From an uncultured Pseudomonadota bacterium (GTDB lineage Bacteria; Pseudomonadota; Gammaproteobacteria; Acidiferrobacterales; UBA6901), in NCBI GenBank assembly GCA_963698375.1, contig CAVOQN010000002.1, positions 149,466-213,465 of the forward strand: 64,000 bases of DNA, written 5' to 3'. Made by a program: the position numbers and the translations under genes. The number at the start of each line of letters is the position of its first letter. Within the stretch, counting starts at the first letter, position 1. The notes under the pieces are model-generated. The model was not told the origin of the DNA, made no database searches, and worked only from the letters and a program-made list of their open reading frames with translations. Below are positions 40,810 through 54,532 of this stretch, in pieces.

Positions 40810-41052
40810 TTATTGTATTATGTAATTAATAATATGCTTTAAATCAGACGGTGGTTCGAGTTGTCCTTGGATCCAGCCAAGGAGCATCTGGTCCGGCTGT
40901 TCGAGGAGACACTGGAAAGCACGCTGTTCTTCTGCGTTCAACGTGCTGTAGCGTTGCTCCAGAAAATGCACAAACAGAAGGTCAAGTTCCAAGAGACCAC
41001 GTCGACATTGCCAGCGCAGGCGACGCATGGTTTCGTCCTGACCTCTACTCAC
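40810..41052 (-). CDS. sdhE: FAD assembly factor SdhE (YgfY/CptB)
   Basis: LRWQCRRGLLELDLLFVHFLEQRYSTLNAEEQRAFQCLLEQPDQMLLGWI carries the RGxxE motif. The GTG start overlaps the sdhB TGA. Confidence 0.8.
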   Translation of the reverse strand: MSRGQDETMRRLRWQCRRGLLELDLLFVHFLEQRYSTLNAEEQRAFQCLLEQPDQMLLGWIQGQLEPPSDLKHIINYIIQ

Positions 41053-41747
41053 AGCACGCGCTTGAGTAGCAGTTGGCGGATATGGCCGATCGCCTTGTGA
41101 AGGGTTAAGACCCTTCGGGACAGACGTCGGTGCAGTTCATGATGGTATGGCAACGAAACAGCCGATAGGGATCGTCGAGGTCGTCGAGACGTTCGCCCAT
41201 AGCCTGATCGCGGCTGTCGTTCAGATAAGCGGCTGGCCTGCAACAGCGCCGCTGGCCCGAGGAATCGATCCGGATTCCACCAGAACGACGGACAGGCCGT
41301 CGAGCAACAGGCGCACAACACGCACTCATACAGCCCGTCGAGACGCGCACGCTCCTCTGGGCTCTGCAAGCGTTCGATCTCGGGTTCGGGATCATTATTG
41401 ATGAGCCAGGGTTTCACCGTTCGGTACTGGTTGTAGAACTGGGTTAAATCCACTATCAGGTCACGAATCACCGGAAGACCCGGCAACGGCCTGAGCGTGA
41501 TGGGCTGCTTCAGCGTATCAAGCTGCAGTATGCAGGCGAGTCCATTGCGGCCATTGATGTTCATGCCGTCAGATCCACATACACCCTCGCGACAGGAACG
41601 ACGGAAACTCAGGGAGTCATCCTGCTGCTTGAGCAGCAGCAGTGCATCCAGCAGCATGATCGCGCCGTGGTCTTCCGACAGCTCGTAGTCCTGCATGCGC
41701 GGCTTGCGGTCGGTCTCCGGGTTGTAGCGGTAGATGGAAAATTTCAT
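41049..41747 (-). pseudogene. sdhB: succinate dehydrogenase iron-sulfur subunit; two compensating frameshifts (about 41240 and 41110)
   Basis: MKFSIYRYNPETDRKPRMQDYEL...SFRRSCREGVCGSDGMNINGRNGLAC...[19 protein letters not shown] in ORF 41049..41747. [18 protein letters not shown] lies in ORF 41105..41395. The tail AIGHIRQLLLKRVL returns to the first frame. Confidence 0.9.
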
Positions 41748-41755
41748 GCGCCTCC

Positions 41756-43521
41756 TCAGTACGTGCGCTTTTTCGGCGGAAACGAATCGACTGTGAGCGG
41801 TTTCATGCGCACCGGTTTGTAGTCGAGTCGCTGGGCATCACGGCTATAGAGCGAATGTTTGAGCCACTGCAAATCGTCGCGTTCCGGATAGTCCATGCGC
41901 GAGTGCGCGCCGCGGCTTTCGTGGCGCGCTGCGGCCGAGACCACCGTGGCGAGCGCCACTTCCATCAGATTCTCGGTTTCAAATGCTTCGATACGCGCGG
42001 TATTGAACACCTTGCTGTGATCCTGGAGGCGTGCGTTCTGCAGGCGCTCGCGCAGTTTCATCACCTTGACCACGCCCTGGTCGAGAACCTCCTGGGTACG
42101 AAACACACCGCAATGCTGCTCCATGGTGCGGCGCAATTCGTCGCCCAGCTTGCCTGCCGACTCGCCATCGCCCTTCACGTCCCAGCGAGCCAAGTGCTGC
42201 AGGGCCGGCTCCGAGGCTCGATTCTGTCAGCAAACGGTGATAGCGGTTCTCCTTTAGAATATTCGAGAATGTGGTCACCTGCGGCTCGCCCAAACACCAC
42301 GATATCGAGCAGTGAATTGCCGCCCAGACGATTCGCGCCGTGGATGGACACGCAGGCGCACTCGCCTACCGAGTACAGTCCGGGTACCGGCTCTTCAGGA
42401 CCAGTTTGCACCGGTGCCACCACCTGTCCATCGCGGTTGGTCGGAATTCCACCCATGGTGTAGTGGGCAGTCGGGTAAACCGGAATGGGCGCCGAGATGG
42501 GATCCACGTGCGCAAAACGCATGGACAGCTCGCGGATACCCGGGAGCTTGCTCTTGATCGGTTCCGCACCAAGGTGGTCAATCTTGAGGTAAACGAAATC
42601 CTTGTTCGGGCCACATCCACGCCCTTCGCGAACCTCAATCTCGATGGCACGCGCCACCACGTCGCGGCTGGCAAGATCCTTGGCATGCGGTGCGTAGCGT
42701 TCCATGAAGCGTTCACCTTGGCTGTTCACGAGATAGCCGCCTTCGCCACGCGCACCTTCGCTGATCAGCACACCGAGACCGGCAATCCCGGTGGGATGGA
42801 ACTGCATGAATTCCATGTCCTGCAGCGGTATACCGGCACGCAGCGCCATGGCCATGCCATCGCCGGTGTTGATCATGGCATTGGTGCTGGTGCGGTAGAT
42901 GCGCGCTGCGCCACCGGTGGCAATGAGCGTAGTCCTGGCCTCAATAATCAGTGGCTCGCCGGTTTCGATTTCCAGCACCAGCGCGCCGAGCACGTAACCG
43001 TCGGCATCACGCAGCAGGTCTATGGCAAAGAACTCGTCGAAGAAATGGGTGCGCGCCTTGATGTTTTGCTGATAGAGGGTGTGCAGGATGGCATGCCCGG
43101 TGCGGTCGGCCGCCGGGCAGGTGCGCGCCGCCTGGACGCCACCGAAGTTCTGGCTCTGACCACCAAACGGACGCTGGTAAATACGGCCATTGTCGAGGCG
43201 CGTGAATGGCACGCCGTAGTGTTCAAGCTCGATCACCTCGCGCGCCGCCGCATGACACATGTACTCGACCGCATCCTGGTCGGCAAGGTAGTCGCCGCCC
43301 TTGATGGTGTCGTACATGTGCCAGTGCCAGTTGTCCGGCAACACATTGCCAAGCGCGGCGTTCATGCCGCCCTGTGCAGCCACGGTGTGCGAGCGGGTTG
43401 GAAAGACTTTGGAAACGACGGCGACATGCGCTTCACCTACGGCGAGTTGCAGTGCTGCGCGCAGCCCGCCGCCACCCGCGCCAATCACCAGGCAATCGAA
43501 TTTCCGCCGTGCGAGGCTCAT
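41756..43521 (-). pseudogene. sdhA: succinate dehydrogenase flavoprotein subunit; one frameshift near 42190
   Basis: Internal Met 43521: [24 protein letters not shown]...[10 protein letters not shown]...HPTGIAG...[26 protein letters not shown]. The C-terminal part (ESRGAHSRMDYPERDD...) is in ORF 41756..42193. Confidence 0.9.
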
Positions 43522-43881
43522 GAGCGCGCCTCCACCAGCAGAATCTGTGCGGCCCAGAACGCGAGCACGAGTAACCCAAAAGCCAAGAGCAGCTGCACCA
43601 TAAACCGCACCCACAACGGTTTGAGATAATCGAGGATGACACTGCGCATACCGACCCAGGCATGCACCAGTACGCTCAGAAAAAACAGCGCAAACGCAAG
43701 CCTTACCCCACCATTCGCCATCCACGCTTTCCAGGCAAGGTAGTCCGTGGGCGTCAGCAACCATGAGCTGTATCACAATCCACACCGCGAAACCGGCAAG
43801 ATAGAGCGAGCTCAGCCTCTGCAGAAGCCATTCACCGAGGCCACGGTGTGCGCTACCACTGCTTCGGATTTTCATCGTCAT
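43518..43881 (-). pseudogene. sdhD: succinate dehydrogenase membrane anchor subunit; one frameshift near 43750
   Basis: The N-terminus [30 protein letters not shown] is in the same frame as sdhA. The remainder [29 protein letters not shown]... is in ORF 43518..43760. Its TGA overlaps the sdhA ATG (ATGA). Confidence 0.7.
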
Positions 43882-44267
43882 TATAGGAATAGGGATTTTG
43901 CGGCGATCAATACAACACTCGTGACGCTGGCCAGCACAAGCCAGGCGCCCAGACTGCTGCCACGGCGGCTGATACCGACATCGAGATCGAGCAACAAATG
44001 GCGCACACCGGCCAGAAAATGATGCGCCAGCAGAGCCGTGGCCAATAGCAGGAACACACGCGCCGGCAAGGAACGCAGTAGCGCGACAATTCGCGCGAAG
44101 CTCTCGGGGCTATGTAGCGACTCTTGAAGAAGCAAGAATGCCAGCGGCAATGCCAGAACCAGCAGGACTCCGGTAACTCGGTGCAGGATGGAAACAACGC
44201 CGCCGATCGGCAGGCGAATGCGCAACAGGTTGAGGTATTTCGGACGCTTTTTGTTCTTGACTGGCAT
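43881..44267 (-). CDS. sdhC: succinate dehydrogenase cytochrome b556 subunit
   Basis: Internal Met 44267: [36 protein letters not shown]...[14 protein letters not shown], comparable to E. coli SdhC. Confidence 0.75.
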   Translation of the reverse strand: MPVKNKKRPKYLNLLRIRLPIGGVVSILHRVTGVLLVLALPLAFLLLQESLHSPESFARIVALLRSLPARVFLLLATALLAHHFLAGVRHLLLDLDVGISRRGSSLGAWLVLASVTSVVLIAAKSLFL

Positions 44268-44463
44268 GCTGATTCCCGAACTATCCAACTTGTTACAGTC
44301 TAACTCGCATCTCCGTGACTTGCAGATTTACCTAATCGTATCGTCACTACGCCATCCTCGCCGAGAATGTCCTACAACTCAAACCCTTGTTTAACACAAG
44401 GTTTAGGCTGAGGGCCGCGAACAACGGCGGTATACTCATCATCCGAATACAGGATTTCCGCCC

Positions 44464-45543
44464 ATGCAACCAGCCACAACAAACCTCCCGCCAACAAGCG
44501 CCGAGTGGCGCGCTTACCTCGCCCACGCGGGCGCTGTATTCGAGGATGACCGTGTGCTGCATTACGGTAATTCTGATGAAGAGCGGCGCAACGCAGCGAA
44601 CGGTGACATTCTTGCAGATCTCTCACACCTCGCCGTGTTGCGGGCTGAAGGCACGGATGCAAAAAGTTTCCTGCAGGGCCAACTCAGCAACGACATCAAT
44701 CAAGTCAACGGGACGCGCGCGCAGCTAAGTTCCTACTGCAATGCCAAGGGACGCATGTTTGCGATTTTTTTAATCTTTTGCCGCCCGGATAACGATTATT
44801 ACCTGCAGCTGCCCGCCGCTCTGGCCGAACCGGTACTCAAGCGTTTACGCATGTTCATCTTGCGCGCCAAGGTCAAGATCGAATTTGCGGATGCCGGACT
44901 CGGGCGCATTGGCCTGTCCGGACCGAACACCGAAACGCTGCTGAAGGATGCGCTGGGCACTGCACCGGCGAATAACTACGACAGCATCACAAGCGATGAC
45001 GTCACGGTCATCCGTCTGCCCGGCCCACACGCGCGCTTTGAGCTGCTCGCACCGGAGGCGCGTCTCATGTCACTGTGGCAATTGCTCTCCGCGAAGGCGG
45101 CGCCAGTCGGCGCCGGACCCTGGTCCTGGCTCGACATCATGGCAGGCATACCCGTGATCCTGCCTAGTACGGCCGAAGAGTTTGTGCCCCAAATGGCGAA
45201 TCTGGAACTGGTCGGTGGCGTGAGCTTCACCAAGGGTTGCTATCCGGGGCAGGAGATCGTCGCACGCATGCATTACCTTGGACGTCTCAAGCAACGCATG
45301 TTTCGTGCGCATGTGGAGAGTGCGTTGCCACCGCTGCCCGGAACCCCGGTGTTCGCGCCAGACCTGCCCGGCCAGAGCACCGGCCACGTGCTGGAAGCCC
45401 AAGCTTCGCCGCAGGGTGGCTACGATTTGCTGACGGTCGTTCACTTGAGCAGCAAGGAAGCCGGAGAATTGCATCTTGCAACCAGCGACGGCCCGCATCT
45501 GGTTCTCGAAAAACTTCCCTATTCTTTTTCCGCAACTGAATGA
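44464..45543 (+). CDS. ygfZ: folate-binding tRNA-modification/Fe-S protein YgfZ
   Basis: FLQGQLSNDI ... FTKGCYPGQEIVARMHYLGRLKQRMF is the YgfZ signature KGCYxGQE. Intact, 359 aa. It is divergent from the sdh-sdhE-ygfX block. Confidence 0.8.
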   Translation: MQPATTNLPPTSAEWRAYLAHAGAVFEDDRVLHYGNSDEERRNAANGDILADLSHLAVLRAEGTDAKSFLQGQLSNDINQVNGTRAQLSSYCNAKGRMFAIFLIFCRPDNDYYLQLPAALAEPVLKRLRMFILRAKVKIEFADAGLGRIGLSGPNTETLLKDALGTAPANNYDSITSDDVTVIRLPGPHARFELLAPEARLMSLWQLLSAKAAPVGAGPWSWLDIMAGIPVILPSTAEEFVPQMANLELVGGVSFTKGCYPGQEIVARMHYLGRLKQRMFRAHVESALPPLPGTPVFAPDLPGQSTGHVLEAQASPQGGYDLLTVVHLSSKEAGELHLATSDGPHLVLEKLPYSFSATE

Positions 45544-45785
45544 ATTTCGTGACACACGACGCATTAGTCCCATTATTTCAGGCGCGCGCGATTCCCCAAG
45601 ACTGGTTGTATTTCCCCATGAAAAAAAGAGCCCTTGTCAGAGCAAGGAACGCTGTGCTTCAATGCCCGCGTGGTGAAGTAGTAGTATAAGTATATAAGAA
45701 ACAAATGATGCACCGTTGTCCGGGAGGAAGTCTCTCCAGATACAAACTGTGCAGCACTGCCAACCAACCTGGAGGATTCACATCG

Positions 45786-47372
45786 ATGATTTATACAAAG
45801 AAAACGCCATGGACGTTGATCATGGGCGTCATCATGGCCGGCTACGCCTACATGGTGAAGACCGGCGCCATGGAGCCGCTGATCAAACTGCTCCACACCA
45901 GCAAGCACACTGGCGAAATGGTCACGTTCGGGTTTCGCCTTCGGCGGAATTGCAATCGTGGTCGGCCTGTGGCAGCTGCTCGCCTCACCGAAACAAGGCC
46001 AGGGTGATTATTACCTGTCCACCATCGGCGGTCTCACCTTCATCATGTTGCTCGCCTTTGTGGTGAAATGGGGTCTTGATCCGATGATGGGACTGTGGGG
46101 CAAGGCCGCTGAGCCAGCCCTTGGTTTTAACTTCGCCAAGATGCTGAACCTGAACTACGTGGTGATGGGTATCATCGCCGGCATTATCGTGGTGAATGTG
46201 TTCAAGATTCCGGACTGGGCCCAGAATGGCGTGCGCCTGTCGCGCCTCGGTCTCAAGACCGGCGTCATCCTGCTCGGTACCTTGTACAGCCTCGCGGAAC
46301 TGGCACAGCTCGGCAAACTGTCGGTCGTGCTGATCGGCTTCTTCGTGCTGGGTTCGGTGGGCATGGTGCTGTGGATGGGCGGGCGCCGCAAGATCCCGAA
46401 CTCCATGAGTGGTGTGCTGTCGGCCGGTCTCGGCGTGTGCGGCGTGTCCGCCACGGTCGCCTCCGCACCGGTGGTGCAGGCCAAGTCAACAGAAATCGCC
46501 TACACCATCGGCACCATCCTGCTGTGGGGCATCGCGATGATGTTCATTTTCCCGATCGTCGGCAAGCAACTGAACATGGGCCCGATCCAGTTCGGCGCCT
46601 GGGCCGGTACCGGCATTCTGAACTCCGCGCAGGTGGCGGGTGCCGCGCTGGCCTTCCAGCCGAACGGGTATCGAGACCCTCAAGGTCGCCGAGATCTTCA
46701 ACATCACGCGCGTGCTGTTCCTGCCGATCATCGTGCTGTGGCTGGCGGTCTGGTACGTGAAGCGTGAGCAGACCGGTCTGAAGGTAAACATCGGCGAAGT
46801 GATCATCGGCAAGTTCCCGCTGTTCGTGGTGGGCTTCATCCTGATGTTCGCACTGTCCTCCACGGGTGTGTTCGCGCCAGCCCAGCACTACAAGGGCAAG
46901 TACTTCGACAACAGTGAAGCCAAACTGGTCAAGACCGACAAGGAAGGCAAGGTCACCAGCAAACTGTTGAAGGACGAGGAGATCGCTCTCCTGCAGGCAG
47001 AAGCCGACAAAGTGCCGCGTGAAGACCAGAAGGCCGCACTGGCACGCCTGATCGAAAACAAGAAGTTGATGTCGATCGACGACGATACCGTGCTGCGTGG
47101 TCTCGCCAATTCCAAGGCCCTGTCGAAGGACGCGACCAAGGTGCTGAAAAGCACACAGAGCCGTCTATCACACTGCTAAAAAGATCAAGATGTTCCGTAA
47201 TCTTATCGCCTGGTTCTTCACCTTCGGTCTGGTCGGACTCGGCATGCAGATCACCATGGCATCGATCAAGCAGGCCGGTGGCCAGCCGCTGATCATCGGC
47301 ACGGCCGTGGGCGCGACCAAGGCAATCGGTGCGCTGGTCGTGGTCATGATGTTCGTGTCTGAAACCATCTAA
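45786..47372 (+). pseudogene. YeiH/UPF0324-family membrane transporter with a roughly 100-aa hydrophilic insert; about three frameshifts
   Basis: ATG 45786 lies after a GGAGGA. The hydrophobic pieces join across ORFs 45705..46007, 45958..46767, 46640..47179 and 47190..47372 (LNYVVMGIIAGIIVVNVF, VLSAGLGVCGVSATVASAPVV, FGAWAGTGILNSAQVAGAALAF, LFVVGFILMFALSSTGVF, FTFGLVGLGMQITMASIKQAGGQPLIIG). The charged insert reads HYKGKYFDNSEAKLVKTDKEGKV...DQKAALARLIENKKLMSIDDD. Confidence 0.6.
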
Positions 47373-47393
47373 CGCTTACGAGAGGACGAAATC

Positions 47394-47516
47394 ATGAAAG
47401 AAAAATTCGACCGCGGTACAGCGCTGACCATTTTCAAAAGTGATCGCGCTGAAGACCTGACAGCGTTGGTTATTTCGCTGGTAATCGCCTTTCTGGTATA
47501 CGTGTTCATCAAGTAA
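47394..47516 (+). CDS. candidate 40-aa single-TM small protein
   Basis: My hand translation gives MKEKFDRGTALTIFKSDRAEDLTALVISLVIAFLVYVFIK. A GAGAGGA lies 6-7 nt upstream, and a strong terminator follows. It is below the 60-aa cut-off of the ORF track. Confidence 0.35.
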   Translation: MKEKFDRGTALTIFKSDRAEDLTALVISLVIAFLVYVFIK

Positions 47517-47554
47517 CACGCGCTATATCAGTTAGTCAGAGTTTTACAACTACA

Positions 47555-47590
47555 CCCGGTGGTGCGCGCTGCGCGCCACCGGGTTTTCTT
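47555..47590 (+). terminator. rho-independent terminator
   Basis: A GC-rich hairpin, CCCGGTGG(T)GCGC-GCT-GCGC(G)CCACCGGG, is followed by TTTTCTTT. Confidence 0.6.
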
Positions 47591-47603
47591 TGAAGGTTGC
47601 AGA

Positions 47604-48071
47604 ATGCTCAAAACCCGCCATATCCTGCTCGCCAGCCACGGCACCGACGGTGCGCGCGCGGCTGAGAACAACTGCGCTGGCCCTGTGCCCGCCAGGCGGC
47701 ACCCTGCATCACCTGATCGTGGTGCCGGACTTCTGGAAAGGCATGATGGGCGACGACTGGCTGAACAACGCCATGACCCAAGATACGTACGGACGCTACG
47801 TCGAAAATCAGCTGGAGGAAGAAATCCGCGTCCATGTGACGACGCCTGCAGAAGCTTGCGACAAAACGCCGTATCCGCTACCGGCCCGACATGGTGCTGG
47901 GCAAACCCACGGACTGCCTGATCGAGCGCGCCAAACGCGCTGGCTTGAACCTGGTGGTGATTGGTTCACCCCGGCCACGCGGCAAGATCCGGCCTGCGCT
48001 CGCGCATGGATACCGATAAACTGGTGCGCGCCCTGCGCGTGCCCCTGCTGATCGTCCCACATCCGAAATGA
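47604..48071 (+). pseudogene. universal stress protein (UspA-family); at least three frameshifts
   Basis: MLKTRHILLASHGTDGARAAE, then LHHLIVVPDFWKGMMGDDWLNN, MVLGKPTDCLIERAKRAGLNLVVIGSPRPRG and LVRALRVPLLIVPHPK, all in different frames. Confidence 0.55.
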
Positions 48072-48680
48072 CCACTGAATCGCCATCCAGCCCGGCTGAA
48101 GACAAGGCCTGGGCCACGATCCAGACTACATTGAATCCTCGCGAAACTGCGCGCAGTTCTGTCGCGACCTGGAGCGCCTGTATCGAATCAATCCCTATCT
48201 CGAGTTTCGAGTCTGGAAGGAGACAAAGCCGGGACTGATACACACCGAATACCGCAACCTGAGCAATGACCAGGACTACATCCTTGATCTCACGCTCACG
48301 CAGGAGTCGGAAAACGCCTTCACGTGCATTACTCCCAAGGCGTGAAATCCTCCACACGCTTCGAGATCCAGGCAACCGAGTCCGGATCGAGCCTGACCAT
48401 TACCGACGATTACAGTCGGTTATCGGCCGAGGAACGTGCTCAGCGCCTGGATGAGGTCGACAAGAGCCTGCCTGCCTGGTGCCAGGCAATTTTCGATTAT
48501 CTGCGCCGCCACAAACGCTGGGGATGGATAACCCCATGGCGCTGGTACATGCGTTGGGTGTGGATACCGATGAAGCCGTCGGCACGGCGCATCGTCTGGC
48601 TGCTGTACCTGATTACCGCTGCGGAATTTTTCTTCTTTTTGTTTGTAGCGCTGATCTGGTGGCTCGAACACCGCGCCTGA
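48068..48680 (+). pseudogene. hypothetical protein with a C-terminal TM segment; about two frameshifts
   Basis: The ATG overlaps the USP stop (ATGA). Pieces: FCRDLERLYRINPYLEFRVWKETKPGLIHTEYRNLSNDQDYILDLTL, then ORF 48324..48680, ending in RIVWLLYLITAAEFFFFLFVALIWWL. Confidence 0.4.
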
Positions 48681-48683
48681 GGA

Positions 48684-48971
48684 TCAACGCGCACCGTCCG
48701 TGCGCTCGATTATCTGATACAGCGTTTCGCCACGCCGCACCATGCCGAGCTCGGCGCGCGCCCGCTCTTCCAGCGCCTCGTAGCCTTCCTTGAGGTCGCG
48801 CACCTCGGCCTCTAGTGCCAGGTTGCGCTCCTTGAGACCTGAGTTCTCCAGTTTCTGCACGGAAATTTCCTGCTTGAGCTTCCAGAGTGCCAGCACCCCG
48901 CCATCCCCGAGCCACAACGGGTACTGCAGGCCAAGCAGGATACCGACGAGAATATAGAGAATGATCTTCAC
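48684..48971 (-). CDS. ftsB: cell division protein FtsB
   Basis: MKIILYILVGILLGLQYPLWLGDGGVLALWKLKQEISVQKLENSGLKERNLALEAEVRDLKEG is a TM helix plus coiled coil. It lies downstream of eno, as usual. Confidence 0.85.
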   Translation of the reverse strand: MKIILYILVGILLGLQYPLWLGDGGVLALWKLKQEISVQKLENSGLKERNLALEAEVRDLKEGYEALEERARAELGMVRRGETLYQIIERTDGAR

Positions 48972-49130
48972 GCCGGGAACATAGTCCTTTTGGAAGCCTG
49001 CAGGGGCCGGACATGACGAGAATGGCGAAATGCGACCTTAGATCAAATACAAAAAAAACTGACAGAGTGTTGATGCAGACGTTGTACTCTTCAGCGTGCG
49101 TGTCTCTGCCTTCATCCGCGGCTAAACGAT

Positions 49131-50426
<1,296 letters not shown>

Positions 50427-50499
50427 AGAACGAACGTCATGGTTACTTAATTGATGAGGGGTGTGTTTTTACTACAGAAAACAGTGTGTCCATCCGTTT

Positions 50500-53040
<2,541 letters not shown>

Positions 53041-53131
53041 TCATGGGTCCGGAACGGGGTTTCCGGGAAGAGCACCGAACGGAGATGCAGGCTACCAGAA
53101 TCAGGCGATTTTCACAATGAAAAGCCGCATG

Positions 53132-54532
53132 TTAGCGGGCTTTTTCGGGTGCACCGACAGCGCCCACGAACGGCTCCCAGACGATTTTCAGCCCTTCTTC
53201 ACCGTCTCCTGCCAGGTATGCGCGCACACACCCAGCGATCCGCGACCGCCGCCAGCTCATGGTCGACGTAGAACAGTGGCAGGCGCAAGCGCAGCCAGGG
53301 CGGCACGCCCTCGGCCTGCAGAAGCTTCTTGAGTGCATGATGATGTCCACGCCCTGGAAGCATCAGCGTCTCGCCACCAGAACGCAGGCGGATATGCAGC
53401 GATTTCGTCATCCAGACGCGCTCAGGACAGGCCTTGGCCGCGCGACCGGTACAACGTGCAAGCGGCCAATACCGGGCAGATCCAGTGGCGCACGCAGATC
53501 CCAGGCGAGGTCCAGAGCCGGATCGGGCGACTGCTGAGCCGGCAGCGCCACCAGCAGGTCGCGGTAGCGCCAGACTTCAGCGCCGGACCAGCACACACGC
53601 GCCTGCTGTGAACGTGGCGTGGTGTGCACCTGCGCAAGCACTTCTTCCAGCTGAGATGTTGCCGGAGCCAGAAATCCCTGACGCCGCAGCCAGAATCGCA
53701 ACAGATTGCGCTGTCGCGCAGCGGATAGTCGCGACAATGCTTTGACTGACAACGCCTGCGGAGAATGTGTCACGGCATCCCGACAGACGGCAAGGTCTGA
53801 CTTCTGCCACCTCTTCGAGCAGTTCCATGGCGTCGGCGGCATGGCGAGCCGTACGCGCCAGCATGCTGGCATGCTCGCCGGCCAGTGACGGGTGAGGCGT
53901 GGCATGATTTCGGTGCGCAGAAAGTTGCGCCGCAGATGCGATTCCTGATTGGAGGGGTCTTCAATCCACGAAAGCTGATGTTCCTGCGCATAGACATGCA
54001 GCGCAGCACGCGAAAAACCGAGCAAGGGGCCGCACGATCTGGCCTGCACCGAAAGCGTGTCTGCATCGGTATGGCGGCAAGTCCCGCGACGCCCGCGCCG
54101 CGCAGCAGTTGCAGAAGCACCGTTTCGGCCTGGTCGTCGCCATGGTGGGCAGTGAGCAGAATGTCCTCAGGCCCAAGCGCCGCGACGAGCGCCGCATAGC
54201 GCGCGCGCCGCGCCGCAGCCTCCAGGCCTTCATCCGCGATACCTGCTACCCGTATACGCTTAATTGCAAATTGAACTTCGAGCTCCGCGCAGATTCGTGC
54301 GCAATGGTCTGCCCCACTCGGCTGACGCAGGCTGCAAATCGTGATCGACATGGATTGCACTGAGAGAAAAGTGATGATCGGCGCGCAAGACGGAGAGCGC
54401 ATGCAACAGGACATGCGAATCAAGGCCGCCACTATAGGCAACCTTCAGGTGCACCCCAGACGGAAGGCGCAGTTCGTCAAACAACACCGCCGACAGCGCG
54501 GCGGGAGAAAATCCGGCGTCAGGCTTCCTCAA
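53132..54532 (-). pseudogene. tilS: tRNA(Ile)-lysidine synthetase; at least four frameshifts
   Basis: PP-loop VAYSGGLDSHVLLH (ORF 54260..54532), LLTAHHGDDQAETVLLQLLRGAG (53770..54441), IEDPSNQESHLRRNFLRTEIMP (53408..54049), and C-terminal LKKLLQAEGVPPWLRLRLPLFYVDHELAAVA (53199..53411). Confidence 0.8.

Noticed and set aside
42175-43881. A 568-aa ORF that seems to fuse the SdhD N-terminus to SdhA.
   Set aside because: The sdhD 5' part happens to share the sdhA frame. The rest of SdhD (ORF 43518..43760) ends in a TGA overlapping the sdhA ATG at 43521. One indel in sdhD creates the illusion of a fusion.
45621-45647. A minus-strand terminator or small RNA between ygfZ and the YeiH-like gene (CCTTG-CTCTGA-CAAGG followed by GCTCTTTTTTT on the minus strand).
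   Set aside because: The stem is only 5 bp, and no minus-strand gene lies upstream of it. It could equally be an incidental A7 run. The evidence is too weak without transcript data.
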